NCBI GenBank assembly: GCA_963700635.1
Contig: CAVOYH010000003.1
Coordinates: 736,001-800,000, forward strand
Reading direction: 5' to 3'
DNA from: an uncultured Bacteroidota bacterium
GTDB lineage: Bacteria; Bacteroidota; Ignavibacteria; UBA10030; UBA6906
Length of the DNA stretch: 64,000 nucleotides
The notes beneath the pieces are model-generated. The model was not told where the DNA came from. It did no database searches and worked only from the letters and a program-made list of their open reading frames with translations. Of the stretch, positions 49,739 to 60,203 are shown piece by piece (positions within the stretch are counted from its first letter, which is position 1; each line of letters begins with the position of its first letter). Position numbers and translations under genes: made by a program.

Positions 49739-51894
49739 AGAACGTCATGATGGGACGGCCTGCGGAAGCCCCTGCGCATGAACGTTTGCGCCGGAGGGTT
49801 CTGGTTCTGAAAATGGGCCTTCTGTTCTTCGCCCTCGTGCTTGCCGCCCGCCTGGTGCAGATCCAGGTTATTCATGGTGCCGAGTACCAGGAAGCCGCAC
49901 GACGTCAATACGAATCGCAGGTGGACCTCCCTGCTGCGAGGGGGATCATCACCGACCGGCACGGAAAAGTTCTGGTATCCAACGCCATGCGAATCAGCTT
50001 CGGCGCGGATCCCAAAATTGCGGGAAATGAACGTGATGAGATCGCCACGACCATGGCCCGCGTGTTCCGCAGGCCGAGGGAAGTATATCTGAACGCCATG
50101 CGCGATGTCCGCAAACGTTTTGTCTGGCTCGAACGTGGCATTGAACCTCAGATCGCCGCCCGGGTCCCGTCGGGGGAACTGCGGGGACTTGTTGTCATGA
50201 ATGAACCGACGCGCCTCTATCATTACCGGCGTGCGGCAGGACAGCTGATCGGCGTTACGGGCAAAGATCACGTGGGTCTGAGCGGATTGGAGTTGCAGTA
50301 CGATCGATGGCTGCGCGGAACCGCCGGCTATGTCATTATGCAGCGTGATGCCCTCCGCCGTACACGTCCATCGGCGGATTACCCGCGCACCGAACCGATC
50401 GATGGGCAGAATCTTGTGCTCACGATTGACGCAGAATACCAGCAGGTTGTGGAAGAAGAACTGGCCCGAGGTATCGCCCGGACGAAGGCGGAAAGCGGGC
50501 TGGTGGTGATGGTGGACCCGGGGACGGGAGAGATTCTCTCACTGGCTCATGCACCGTCGGTTGATCCGAACAACACAACCACGCTCGACCAGGCCACGCT
50601 GCGGAACCGGAGCATCACAGACACGTTCGAGCCCGGATCGGTGTTCAAAGTTGTGACCGCAGCGGCGGCCCTGGAAAACGCCGTGGTCCGGACGGAAGAC
50701 ACGTTTTACGGAGAAAAAGGGGTCTACAAGGCGCCGATGCCCGGAGGCCGTGTCCGACCGGTGGTGGATTCACATCCACTGGGAAACGTTACATTCCGCC
50801 GGGCCGTCGAACAGTCAAGCAATATCGTGATGGTGAAAGTCGCCGACAGAATGGGCGTCCAGCCGATGTATACAACGGGTCGGGCGTTTGGTTTCGGCAC
50901 ATCAACCGGCATCGAACTGCCGGGTGAAGTGGGTGGCGAATTGAAAAAACCATCCGAGTGGTCTGCTCCAACGCTGCATTCTCTTGCATTCGGCTATGAA
51001 GTCGCTGTAACACCCCTTCAGATTGTCATGGCATATGCCGCTGTTGCCAACAAAGGGGTTCTCATGAAGCCATATGTTGTCCGGCACACGCTCGATGCTG
51101 CACAGGAGATCGTCACGGAAAACCGTCCGGAGCCAATTCGGCGCGTCATATCTGAGCAGACGGCAAAAACTCTGACGGAGCTGTTCGAAGGTGTTGTGGA
51201 ACGCGGAACGGCCATGCAAGCGCGCGTCGAGGGACTCCGCATTGCGGGCAAAACCGGAACATCCAAAAAAGTTGTTGACGGAAAATATGAAGCAGGAAGA
51301 TACACCGCCTCGTTCGTGGGGTTCTTTCCTGCTGACGATCCGCACATCGTCTGTCTGGTGATGCTGGAGAATCTGCGAGGAGACGTGTACTCCGGAGGTC
51401 TGGCCAGTGCACCTATTTTTAAGGGTATCGCGGAGAAGATCTTTACGATGGCGGGAAGATTCCGAAACGATCCGGTGCAGGCCGTCGCACGCGCGACACG
51501 AAACGGCGTTCCTGATGTCGTCAATCTGAAAACGGTGGACGCACTGGCGGCACTCCGCGCGATCGGATTTGAAGCGGACGTTCAGGGAGACGGGGCGATC
51601 GTCGTCGACCAATCACCCGCTCCGGGAGTGGTGCTCGGCCGTGGATCCACGGTTGAGTTAAAAACCCGGGACGGACTCAAACGAATCTCCGGTGGGATTA
51701 CGCTGGTGCCGGACACCCGCGGCCTCACCATCCGCCGCGCTCTCAACAGTCTGGCAACGCAACGTCTCGATGCCATTATTATTGGAACGGGAACAGTGGT
51801 CGGTCAATCGCCTTTACCGGGGGAACGCCTCCGCCAGGGTGCCCGCGTGACCCTGCGATGCGAACCACGTCACACACCAGCAATCCAGTCCTAG
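49735..51894 (+). CDS. ftsI: Class B PBP (FtsI) with two PASTA domains
   Basis: RGIITDR, GLELQYD, SVFK, SSN, KTG; two C-terminal VPD-initiated PASTA repeats. Confidence 0.93.
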   Translation: MKNVMMGRPAEAPAHERLRRRVLVLKMGLLFFALVLAARLVQIQVIHGAEYQEAARRQYESQVDLPAARGIITDRHGKVLVSNAMRISFGADPKIAGNERDEIATTMARVFRRPREVYLNAMRDVRKRFVWLERGIEPQIAARVPSGELRGLVVMNEPTRLYHYRRAAGQLIGVTGKDHVGLSGLELQYDRWLRGTAGYVIMQRDALRRTRPSADYPRTEPIDGQNLVLTIDAEYQQVVEEELARGIARTKAESGLVVMVDPGTGEILSLAHAPSVDPNNTTTLDQATLRNRSITDTFEPGSVFKVVTAAAALENAVVRTEDTFYGEKGVYKAPMPGGRVRPVVDSHPLGNVTFRRAVEQSSNIVMVKVADRMGVQPMYTTGRAFGFGTSTGIELPGEVGGELKKPSEWSAPTLHSLAFGYEVAVTPLQIVMAYAAVANKGVLMKPYVVRHTLDAAQEIVTENRPEPIRRVISEQTAKTLTELFEGVVERGTAMQARVEGLRIAGKTGTSKKVVDGKYEAGRYTASFVGFFPADDPHIVCLVMLENLRGDVYSGGLASAPIFKGIAEKIFTMAGRFRNDPVQAVARATRNGVPDVVNLKTVDALAALRAIGFEADVQGDGAIVVDQSPAPGVVLGRGSTVELKTRDGLKRISGGITLVPDTRGLTIRRALNSLATQRLDAIIIGTGTVVGQSPLPGERLRQGARVTLRCEPRHTPAIQS

Positions 51895-51906
51895 GAACAG
51901 AAAACC

Positions 51907-53412
51907 ATGGTCCTGACCCGATTACTGGAGAGTGTACGCGTGTCAAAGTTGTTCATGATGAAGTACGGTGCCATGGCCCAGACCCAGGACATCGAAGTGC
52001 ACGATGTGCGCTACGATTCCCGACTGGTCACGCACGGGGATTTGTTCGTGGCGATCCCCGGCACGACGGTCAATGGTGCCCGGTATATCGAGGAAGCTCT
52101 TCAGCGGGGAGCTGTCGCGGTAGTCACAGAGGACGACAATGCGCTTCCTGAGGCAATGTTCATGCACATGCATGTCGCCAAGATCGTCGTCCCCGATGCC
52201 AGGATCGCGCTGGCTCAGATCGCCGGAAATTATTACGGGCATCCGTCATCAAAAATGCGAGTCATCGGCGTCACCGGAACAAACGGCAAAACCACTGCCA
52301 CGTATCTGATCAAGGCCGCGCTGGAAACATCCGGCGAACGTGTTGGACTCATCGGGACTATCGCCATTGACTGCGGTGGAGAAGTTTTGCCGGCGACACA
52401 TACAACGCCGGAATCGCTCGACCTGCAGGCGCTTCTGGACAACATGGTGAAACGCGGATGTTCCTGGGCCGTGATGGAAGTGTCATCACACGCTCTTGCG
52501 ATGCACCGGGTCCATGGAATACAATTTGCTGCGGGGGTATTCACCAATCTGACACAGGACCATCTGGACTTTCATGGTTCGATGGATGAATATCTGAAAG
52601 CGAAAAAACGTCTTTTTGATATGCTGCCCGGAACCGCTGTTGCGGTGAGCAATGCCGATGATCCATCATCCGCAGCCCTCTTCGCCAACACCAGGGCCAG
52701 ACAGACGTCCTATGGTATGACCGCACCGGCTGACGTCGCCGGTGAGAATCTCAAGATGGATATGCACGGCATGACATTCTCGGCGACCTGGAAGGGACGC
52801 AGCGAGAGTATTACCACACCCCTCACGGGGAGGTTTAACGCTGCCAATATTCTTGCGGCATTTACCGTCGCGTGTGAGCTTGGTCTGCAGCCAGAGACGG
52901 TGACAAAGGGAATCGCCTCGCTCACGGCCGTTCGCGGGCGGTTCGAACAACTTGTCTCCCCCGTCGGGTGGACGGCGATCATTGACTATGCGCACACACC
53001 GGATGCCCTGGAACACACACTTACGGCAATTCGTGAATTACTCCCGCGGCCGGAGAGCAAGATCATTACCGTCTTTGGCTGTGGCGGAAACCGCGACAAA
53101 GACAAACGTCCGAAAATGGGAAGAATCGCTTCGGAGCTCAGCACCATCACGGTATTGACGTCCGACAATCCCCGGCAGGAAGATCCCAATATCATTCTCG
53201 CACAGATCCAGGCCGGGGTGCTTCCCGGAAAAACGGCGTACGTGGAAAGTGACCGCCGCCAGGCAATCATCAAGGGACTACTCCTGGCAGAGCCGGGCGA
53301 CGTTGTGCTGATTGCGGGAAAGGGACATGAGGACTACCAGGTTATCGGCACGGCGAAAACCCATCTGGATGACCGGGAAGAGGTTGAAATGTTTATCAGG
53401 AACCTGACATGA
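51907..53412 (+). CDS. murE: UDP-MurNAc-tripeptide synthetase (meso-DAP type)
   Basis: GTNGKTT, MEVSSH, DYAHTPD, DNPR (DAP specificity), GKGHE. Confidence 0.96.
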   Translation: MVLTRLLESVRVSKLFMMKYGAMAQTQDIEVHDVRYDSRLVTHGDLFVAIPGTTVNGARYIEEALQRGAVAVVTEDDNALPEAMFMHMHVAKIVVPDARIALAQIAGNYYGHPSSKMRVIGVTGTNGKTTATYLIKAALETSGERVGLIGTIAIDCGGEVLPATHTTPESLDLQALLDNMVKRGCSWAVMEVSSHALAMHRVHGIQFAAGVFTNLTQDHLDFHGSMDEYLKAKKRLFDMLPGTAVAVSNADDPSSAALFANTRARQTSYGMTAPADVAGENLKMDMHGMTFSATWKGRSESITTPLTGRFNAANILAAFTVACELGLQPETVTKGIASLTAVRGRFEQLVSPVGWTAIIDYAHTPDALEHTLTAIRELLPRPESKIITVFGCGGNRDKDKRPKMGRIASELSTITVLTSDNPRQEDPNIILAQIQAGVLPGKTAYVESDRRQAIIKGLLLAEPGDVVLIAGKGHEDYQVIGTAKTHLDDREEVEMFIRNLT

Positions 53413-54818
53413 AGCTGACGCGGACAGATCTGCGGTCTGTTCCTCATCAGGTTCTTCATCCGGGGGAAGGTGCCACACGCTGGGTTGCCTTGGGCGTTTC
53501 CACCGATTCCCGGACGGTGGAACAGGGGCAGCTGTTTGTTGCGCTGCGCGGGGAACATTTTGACGGTCACCGGTATCTCGGCGACGTTCTTGCCCGCGGC
53601 GCAGCCGGTGTGGTTGTGGATGTGCGTGGAGCTGCCGCCGTTCCCGCGGGAGCCGTTGCGCTGGTTGTGGACGATACCTTTGCCGCACTCGGTGCGCTTG
53701 CAGCTCTGTACCGCCGTAAATTTGACATTCCGGTGATCGCTGTTGGAGGAAGCAACGGTAAAACAACAACAAAGGACATGATTACCCGCGTACTGGCGAC
53801 AACCTATGATGTCCTGAGTACGGAAGGCAACAACAACAATCATGTGGGTGTGCCGGTAACACTCTTCCGGCTGACGAAACAGCACGACATCGCAGTGGTG
53901 GAAGTCGGAACCAATCATTCCGGCGAGATCGCAACACTCCGGGATATCGTGCAGCCGACCCATACACTTCTGACGAACATCGGAAGAGAGCACCTCGAGT
54001 TTTTTGGAAACATAGAAGGCGTGGTTCAAGAGGAAACGGCCTTGTGGCAATCCGGCTCCGCCACACAGTCCATGACTGCCTTTGTCAACGCTGACGATCC
54101 GTATCTCGCACGCAGCGCCAGGGGATTGCGCAAGGTTGTGCGGTTTGGTCTCCGGTCGCGGGCGGTGGATGTCCGGGGCTCGCGGGTCCAACTCTTGCCC
54201 GATGGCGGAGTGTTTTTCCGTTTCATCGGAAAGAACATGAAGACCCCGGTGGACGTCCGGCTCCAGGTTCCGGGAGTTCACGCCGCCGGTAATGCGCTCG
54301 CCGCTGCTGCCGTGGGGCTGTCCTTCCGTGTCAGGCCGTCACGTATCAAGGATGCCCTGCAATCGTATAGTGGCAGCAGCAAGCGGATGGAGGTTATGGA
54401 TGCCGGCGGCGTCACCATACTGAATGATACATACAACGCCAACCCGGATTCCATGGTGGCTGCGCTGGAAACCCTGGCCGGTTATCCAGCAACCGGCAAA
54501 CGTATTGCGGTGCTGGCCGACATGCTCGAACTGGGAGAATCGGCGGCTGCGGAACACGAACGAATTGGCGAAACGGTTGCTGCGCTCAAGCTTGACTATC
54601 TCCTCACGTATGGATCACTCGGCCGCGTGATTTCCCGCGCGCAGGGTCTCCAGACGGCAATGCACTATGACCAGAAGAACATTCTTGCCGAGTATTTGCT
54701 TGAACTGGTTGCTCCCGGAGACGTGGTGCTGATCAAAGGTTCTCGCGGGATGAAGATGGAAGATGTTGTGCTCTTTCTCCGGGAACGGCGGACGGCAGTC
54801 TCCGGAGCAGCGGGCTGA
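53409..54818 (+). CDS. murF: UDP-MurNAc-tripeptide--D-Ala-D-Ala ligase
   Basis: GSNGKTTTK, DTYNANPDS, MLELG, KGSRG. Confidence 0.96.
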   Translation: MKLTRTDLRSVPHQVLHPGEGATRWVALGVSTDSRTVEQGQLFVALRGEHFDGHRYLGDVLARGAAGVVVDVRGAAAVPAGAVALVVDDTFAALGALAALYRRKFDIPVIAVGGSNGKTTTKDMITRVLATTYDVLSTEGNNNNHVGVPVTLFRLTKQHDIAVVEVGTNHSGEIATLRDIVQPTHTLLTNIGREHLEFFGNIEGVVQEETALWQSGSATQSMTAFVNADDPYLARSARGLRKVVRFGLRSRAVDVRGSRVQLLPDGGVFFRFIGKNMKTPVDVRLQVPGVHAAGNALAAAAVGLSFRVRPSRIKDALQSYSGSSKRMEVMDAGGVTILNDTYNANPDSMVAALETLAGYPATGKRIAVLADMLELGESAAAEHERIGETVAALKLDYLLTYGSLGRVISRAQGLQTAMHYDQKNILAEYLLELVAPGDVVLIKGSRGMKMEDVVLFLRERRTAVSGAAG

Positions 54819-54888
54819 TGCGGCGTAACACCCGGCAGCGGCAGCAAGGCCGGGTGAACGGTATTGTCATAACACTGAGTGAAGGACC

Positions 54889-56013
54889 ATGCTGTATTTT
54901 CTGTTCGACTGGATAGATCGATTGTATCACCCGCCCGGGTTCGGCGTGGTGCGGTTTCTCACCTTTCGTGCCGCCGCTGCTGCCGTGACCGCGCTCCTGA
55001 TAGCGTTCTGGCTTGGGCCAAAGATCATCCGGATACTGCGTGAGCATCAGATCGGCGAGTCTGCAAAACTTGAGGCACCCAAGACCCACCTCACCAAGGC
55101 GGGAACGCCTACTATGGGAGGTCTTATCGTCCTGGCCAGCATCCTGGTCCCGACACTGCTCTGGGGAAACATCGGCAACGTGTATGTGCTGCTTATCCTG
55201 TTTGTGACAGTGACACTCGGCGCTGTGGGCTTCCTGGACGATTATCTCAAAGTGGTCAAGAAGAAACCGAAGGGGCTCATCGGCAAATACAAGATTGTCG
55301 GGCAGGTTGTCGTGGGACTCGTGGTCGGCGGGCTCATCTATTTCTTTCCACACTGGATCGATCAGGACCTGTGGAAACTCAACACATCAACAACGGTCCC
55401 CTTTTTCAAGAATCTGGAACTGAACGTCGGGGTCTTCTACATTCCGATGGTTATTTTTATCATCGTGGCTACCTCGAACGCCGTGAACCTGACGGACGGT
55501 CTGGATGGCCTTGCAATCGGGACGGTTGCGATCGTTGCTTTAACCCTTGGCGTCATCAGCTACATATCGGGTAATGTCCTGCTCTCGGAATATCTGACCA
55601 TCCCGTTCCTGCGCGGCAACGGTGAGCTGGTGGTCTTCTGCGCAGCGATGGCCGGCGCGGCACTCGGCTTTTTGTGGTTTAACGCCTACCCGGCGCAGGT
55701 CTTTATGGGGGATACCGGTTCGCTTGCTCTTGGTGGTGCGATCGGCGCCCTCTGTGTTCTGATAAAGAAAGAACTCCTGCTGCCGACTCTGGGCGGCGTG
55801 TTTCTTGCTGAAACGATATCCGTGATCATTCAGCGGTTCTATTTTAAATACACAAAACGGAAGTATGGCGAAGGCCGCCGTGTGTTCCGCATGGCTCCCT
55901 TGCATCATCACTTTGAACTACTCGGATGGCCTGAACCCAAAATTGTCACACGTTTTTACATCGTTGCCATTCTGTTGATGATCCTCAGTCTGGCGACGTT
56001 CAAAGTGCGGTGA
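54889..56013 (+). CDS. mraY: Phospho-MurNAc-pentapeptide transferase
   Basis: GTPTMGG, DDY, NAVNLTDGLDGL, FMGDTGS, APLHHHFE. Confidence 0.97.
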   Translation: MLYFLFDWIDRLYHPPGFGVVRFLTFRAAAAAVTALLIAFWLGPKIIRILREHQIGESAKLEAPKTHLTKAGTPTMGGLIVLASILVPTLLWGNIGNVYVLLILFVTVTLGAVGFLDDYLKVVKKKPKGLIGKYKIVGQVVVGLVVGGLIYFFPHWIDQDLWKLNTSTTVPFFKNLELNVGVFYIPMVIFIIVATSNAVNLTDGLDGLAIGTVAIVALTLGVISYISGNVLLSEYLTIPFLRGNGELVVFCAAMAGAALGFLWFNAYPAQVFMGDTGSLALGGAIGALCVLIKKELLLPTLGGVFLAETISVIIQRFYFKYTKRKYGEGRRVFRMAPLHHHFELLGWPEPKIVTRFYIVAILLMILSLATFKVR

Positions 56014-57398
56014 GGCCCGTGGAGCGGGAGCGAATCCGGCAGACGCGATTCAGCGTCATCGGCGCTGCACGCAGCGGCGTTGCGGCAGCACGGCTTCTCG
56101 CCGGTGCCGGCGCCCGGGTGTTCGTGAGCGATGCCGCCCCGTCTGCATCGATGGGGGCGGCAATGGACGCACTCACGAAACTGCAGATTACGTTCGAGTT
56201 TGGCGGGCATACCGCGCGTGCGCTTGAAGCGGACATGCTCGTGGTAAGTCCCGGTGTCCCCTCGACCGTTTCTGTTGTGCGTCAGGCAATCGGCCGGGGT
56301 ACACCAGTGGTGAGCGAACTTGAAATGGCAAGCTGGTTTGCAGAGGGAACAATCGTGGCGATCACAGGAACAAATGGAAAGACAACGACAACGGCCCTGA
56401 CAGGCAGAATGTTTGAAGATGCCCGCCGCCCGTCAGTGGTTGCGGGCAATATCGGTACGGCGTTCTCCGATGTGGTGTCAGGACTGACACCGGACCATAC
56501 TGCGATTCTGGAAGTCAGCAGTTTTCAGCTGGACCATGTTGACACCTTCCGTCCGGCGGTCGCGGTTGTGCTGAACATAACGCCGGACCATCTGGACCGG
56601 TACGAGCATTCGATGGAACGGTACGTCGATGCGAAGTGTAACGTCTTTGCACGGCAGCAGGAGGGTGACGTCCTGGTCTATAACCGTGATGACAAACAGA
56701 CACGTGAGGCTGTCGAACACCGCGTACCGGGCGGCGTGACGCTGTTGCCATTCAGCGTATCAACCACATTAACCTCCGGCGCATGGGTCGAAGACGGGTC
56801 ATTGGTGACACAACTTTCCGGAAACCGGACGGAGATCGTACGCACGGCAGACATCAGCGTCCGGGGAGTCCATAACCTCAGCAATGCGATGGCAGCGACG
56901 TTGACGGCTCAGGCGCTTGGTATCGGACCCGCATCCCTGCGTGCGACCTTGAAAAACTTTAAGGGCGTTGAACACCGCCTTGAATTTGTGCGCGAACTCA
57001 ACGGCGTAACCTACATCAATGATTCAAAAGCGACCAACGTGGACGCGGTCTGGTACGCTTTACAGAGTTATTCATCGCCCCTCATAGTGCTTATCGGAGG
57101 CCGGGACAAGGGAAACGACTATGCGCTTCTCGAGTCACTGGTGCGAAAACACGTAAAAGCTGTCGTGGCCATCGGCGAGTCCGCGGACAAAGTGTATGCG
57201 GCATTCCATGCCATCGTTCCGGTTGAAAAGGCCTCAACCATGGACGACGCGGTACGCAAAGCGACAGCCCTGGCATCGGGGGGCGACACGGTGCTGCTGT
57301 CACCGGCCTGTGCCTCGTTCGACTGGTTTACGAACTACGAAGCCCGGGGACAGGTCTTTAAGGATCTTGTGCTGCAATTGCCCGGAACAACGGCATGA
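56010..57398 (+). CDS. murD: UDP-MurNAc-L-Ala--D-Glu ligase
   Basis: SPGV, GTNGKTT, EVSSFQL, NDSKATN, LSPACASFD. Confidence 0.96.
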   Translation: MRPVERERIRQTRFSVIGAARSGVAAARLLAGAGARVFVSDAAPSASMGAAMDALTKLQITFEFGGHTARALEADMLVVSPGVPSTVSVVRQAIGRGTPVVSELEMASWFAEGTIVAITGTNGKTTTTALTGRMFEDARRPSVVAGNIGTAFSDVVSGLTPDHTAILEVSSFQLDHVDTFRPAVAVVLNITPDHLDRYEHSMERYVDAKCNVFARQQEGDVLVYNRDDKQTREAVEHRVPGGVTLLPFSVSTTLTSGAWVEDGSLVTQLSGNRTEIVRTADISVRGVHNLSNAMAATLTAQALGIGPASLRATLKNFKGVEHRLEFVRELNGVTYINDSKATNVDAVWYALQSYSSPLIVLIGGRDKGNDYALLESLVRKHVKAVVAIGESADKVYAAFHAIVPVEKASTMDDAVRKATALASGGDTVLLSPACASFDWFTNYEARGQVFKDLVLQLPGTTA

Positions 57399-58579
57399 TC
57401 ATCAGTAAGTCGCGCAAAAACCACATTGATATGACCACCCTGGTGGTCGTCCTGACGCTGATGGTATTCAGCGTGGGTGTGGTCTACAGCGCAAGCTCAA
57501 GCTGGGCACTGGAACGGGTGGGCGAAAGCGGGCGGCTGCTCGGTAATCATGCGGCGAAGGTACTTGTGGGTTTCTTTCTGCTCTTTCTCACAATGCAGAT
57601 CGACTATCGCATACTCAAGAAGATCTCGAAACTTGCGTTGCTCACCGTGATTGCCCTGCTGGCCATTACGCTTGGTCTTGGTGTTGTGATCAAGGGCGCC
57701 TCCCGGTGGATTCACCTGGGTGCGGTTGGACTGCAGCCGTCGGAGTTTGCGCGCCTTGCGCTTATCGTGCATCTTGCCGTGCTCCTGGCGAAAAAAAGGG
57801 AAATGGTGCGCGACTTTTCTGCGGGCTTTGTGCCGCTGATGTTCTGGATTATTCTTGTCGCCACGCTCGTTCTGCTTCAACCGGCATTCAGCACCAGCGC
57901 CATGATGGTGGTCGTCAGCATGGTCTTACTCTACCTCGGCGGTGTCCGGATTAAACATCTCGCGTTGACGCTTTCAGGGATGATTCCGATGCTGCTTCTC
58001 TACATGGTGAGCGCCGACTATCGGATGAAGCGTGTGATGGACTTTCTCGGAAGCATCCTGGAGGGAAATGTCCGGATGAACCATCAGGTGTGGCAGGGTG
58101 TCCTGGGTTTTGCCAACGGCGGCCTTTTCGGGCTTGGACCGGGCGGAAGCAAACAACGGGACCTGTTTCTCCCCGAACCGTTCGGTGATTTTGTGTTCTC
58201 CATCATCGGCGAAGAATATGGATTGGTGGGCACGCTTGCCGTGCTCACACTGTTTCTGATTTTCCTGTTTCGCGGTCTGGCAATTGCACGGAATGCACGG
58301 GACGACTTTGGCCGGCTCCTGGCGCTGGGAATAACGGTGTCCATCACGCTGTACGCCTTCATTAATGCGGGCGTGACGCTGGGAATTCTTCCGACCACCG
58401 GCCTGCCGTTGCCGTTCATCAGCTATGGCGGATCATCAATGATCGTCTCGTGCCTCATGGTCGGTGTGCTGTTGAACATTTCGGCCCAGACTGATATGCA
58501 TCCCCGGCTTGCGGCGGAACCGGGAGCGGTACGTGCGCTGGACCCTCATCCGGATCCGGTTGTCGGAAAGGTGTACTAA
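57395..58579 (+). CDS. ftsW: SEDS peptidoglycan glycosyltransferase
   Basis: GASRW, QPSEF, DFVFSIIGEE, GLPLPFISYGGSS. Confidence 0.95.
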   Translation: MIISKSRKNHIDMTTLVVVLTLMVFSVGVVYSASSSWALERVGESGRLLGNHAAKVLVGFFLLFLTMQIDYRILKKISKLALLTVIALLAITLGLGVVIKGASRWIHLGAVGLQPSEFARLALIVHLAVLLAKKREMVRDFSAGFVPLMFWIILVATLVLLQPAFSTSAMMVVVSMVLLYLGGVRIKHLALTLSGMIPMLLLYMVSADYRMKRVMDFLGSILEGNVRMNHQVWQGVLGFANGGLFGLGPGGSKQRDLFLPEPFGDFVFSIIGEEYGLVGTLAVLTLFLIFLFRGLAIARNARDDFGRLLALGITVSITLYAFINAGVTLGILPTTGLPLPFISYGGSSMIVSCLMVGVLLNISAQTDMHPRLAAEPGAVRALDPHPDPVVGKVY

Positions 58580-58582
58580 AAG

Positions 58583-59695
58583 ATGGCTGCGCGTTTGTTG
58601 TTTGCCGGCGGCGGAACGGGAGGGCATCTGTATCCCGCTCTCGCGATTGCAGACGCCGTACGCGCCATCGATCCGGATTCGACAATATTGTTTCTCGGCA
58701 CGAAAAAAAAGATCGAAGCACAGATCGTTCCACAACACGGTTATTCCTTTGCCACAATCTGGATTAGTGGTATCCGACGATCTGTATCACTGTCAACACT
58801 TATGGTACCGCTTAAAGTGATCACCGCGATCGTACAATCGGCAGTCTATCTCCGGCGATTCCAGCCGGACGTGGTTGTGGGGACCGGTGGATACGTTTGT
58901 GGACCGCCGGCGTTTGCCGCCACCCTTCTGGGGATCCCGATGGTTCTCCAGGAGCAGAACAGTTATCCGGGCATCACAACACGCCTGCTGGCGCACCGTG
59001 CGCAGAAGGTGTACCTGACGTTTGAACGATCACGCACGTTTCTTCGCCGGAGCGATAACACGGTGATCAGTGGCAATCCGGTGCGCAGAGTTGTCGGAAC
59101 GATACCGCGGACTGAGGGAGCGGAGCGTCTCGGGCTTGATCCGTCAAAGAAAACGCTCCTTGTTGTCGGCGGGAGCCAGGGCGCGGCGTCAATCAATACC
59201 GCCATCCTGAAAGCCGTACAGGAACTGCGCCTGACCGGCATCCAGATTCTGTGGTTGACGGGCGAACGGGATTATGACCGCGTCCGCGCCACCGTGGAGA
59301 GTCAGGCAGAACCCGGCAATATTCGGGTTGTTCCCTATCTCAAGCGGATGGAAGATGCCTATGCGGCGGCGGATCTCGCCGTCTGCCGTTCCGGCGCGAC
59401 AACACTTGCGGAACTCACATGTGCCGGACTCCCTTCGATTCTGGTGCCGTATCCGTTTGCTGCTGCGGACCACCAGACGGAAAACGCTCGGGCACTTGTC
59501 GACATAGGTGCTGCACTCATGTGCGCAGACCGTGATGCGGGATCACAGTTGTTTCCGATGATCCGTGAACTGTTCCAGCAGCCGGACCGCCTGGCTGCGA
59601 TGAGTGCGGCGGCACGGCAGGCGGCACGGCCGGATGCGGCACACCGGATCGCGCAGGATTTATTCACAATCATGTCCTCACGCCATGACAGTTGA
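58583..59695 (+). CDS. murG: Lipid II GlcNAc transferase
   Basis: GGGTGGH, EQN, GNPVR, GGSQGA, RSGATT, HQTENA. Confidence 0.96.
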   Translation: MAARLLFAGGGTGGHLYPALAIADAVRAIDPDSTILFLGTKKKIEAQIVPQHGYSFATIWISGIRRSVSLSTLMVPLKVITAIVQSAVYLRRFQPDVVVGTGGYVCGPPAFAATLLGIPMVLQEQNSYPGITTRLLAHRAQKVYLTFERSRTFLRRSDNTVISGNPVRRVVGTIPRTEGAERLGLDPSKKTLLVVGGSQGAASINTAILKAVQELRLTGIQILWLTGERDYDRVRATVESQAEPGNIRVVPYLKRMEDAYAAADLAVCRSGATTLAELTCAGLPSILVPYPFAAADHQTENARALVDIGAALMCADRDAGSQLFPMIRELFQQPDRLAAMSAAARQAARPDAAHRIAQDLFTIMSSRHDS

Positions 59696-60191
59696 AGAGC
59701 AATCCTACAAATATAAACTCGACTTCTACTACAGGTCGGCATTAATCTATCTGATTACGCTGTTCATCTACGGCGGGATCAGGGGCAACTTTGTGGAACA
59801 GAAGTTTGAATACGTGCTTAATGATCCCCTGATGTATGTCATTGTATTCTTCGTGTTGATGGCACTGGTGACACTCGGACTCAACGCGTTGCGCAACCGC
59901 CGGCTTGTCCTTACTCACGAGGCGATCATTTTCCGGCACCGGTGGGCGGAACGGCAGATTAGCATAGCGGACATCGAGTGGATGCATATCGGACGGGAGA
60001 TGGGAGTACGTACCGACGGGCGGTTCCAGGTGATTGTGTTCAAGATAAAAAAGAAGCGGCGCCTCTATCGGATCCGCGTCGGGCGGTACGAGCGGGAACG
60101 GGATCTCCTGCGCGGCATGCACACGATTGCTGCGCGGGTGCCCGGACGCAAACAGCGCAGATGGCGCCGTCCCCGCATCACCGATCGTTAA
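59685..60191 (+). CDS. Hypothetical two-TM membrane protein with a basic, possibly PH-like C-terminal domain
   Basis: 168-aa ORF from ATG 59685 that fills the murG-murC gap; two hydrophobic helices. Confidence 0.75.
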   Translation: MTVEEQSYKYKLDFYYRSALIYLITLFIYGGIRGNFVEQKFEYVLNDPLMYVIVFFVLMALVTLGLNALRNRRLVLTHEAIIFRHRWAERQISIADIEWMHIGREMGVRTDGRFQVIVFKIKKKRRLYRIRVGRYERERDLLRGMHTIAARVPGRKQRRWRRPRITDR

Positions 60192-60203
60192 GGAAAAAAG
60201 AGA

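Noticed and set aside
58703-58711. A_AAA_AAG slippery heptamer in murG
   Set aside because: A frameshift would disrupt an essential enzyme, so this is probably just Lys codons. It shows such runs arise by chance here and tempers the gyrA slippage idea.
59660-59668. Isolated TTATTCACA box at the end of murG
   Set aside because: A single coding-region match, expected by chance.
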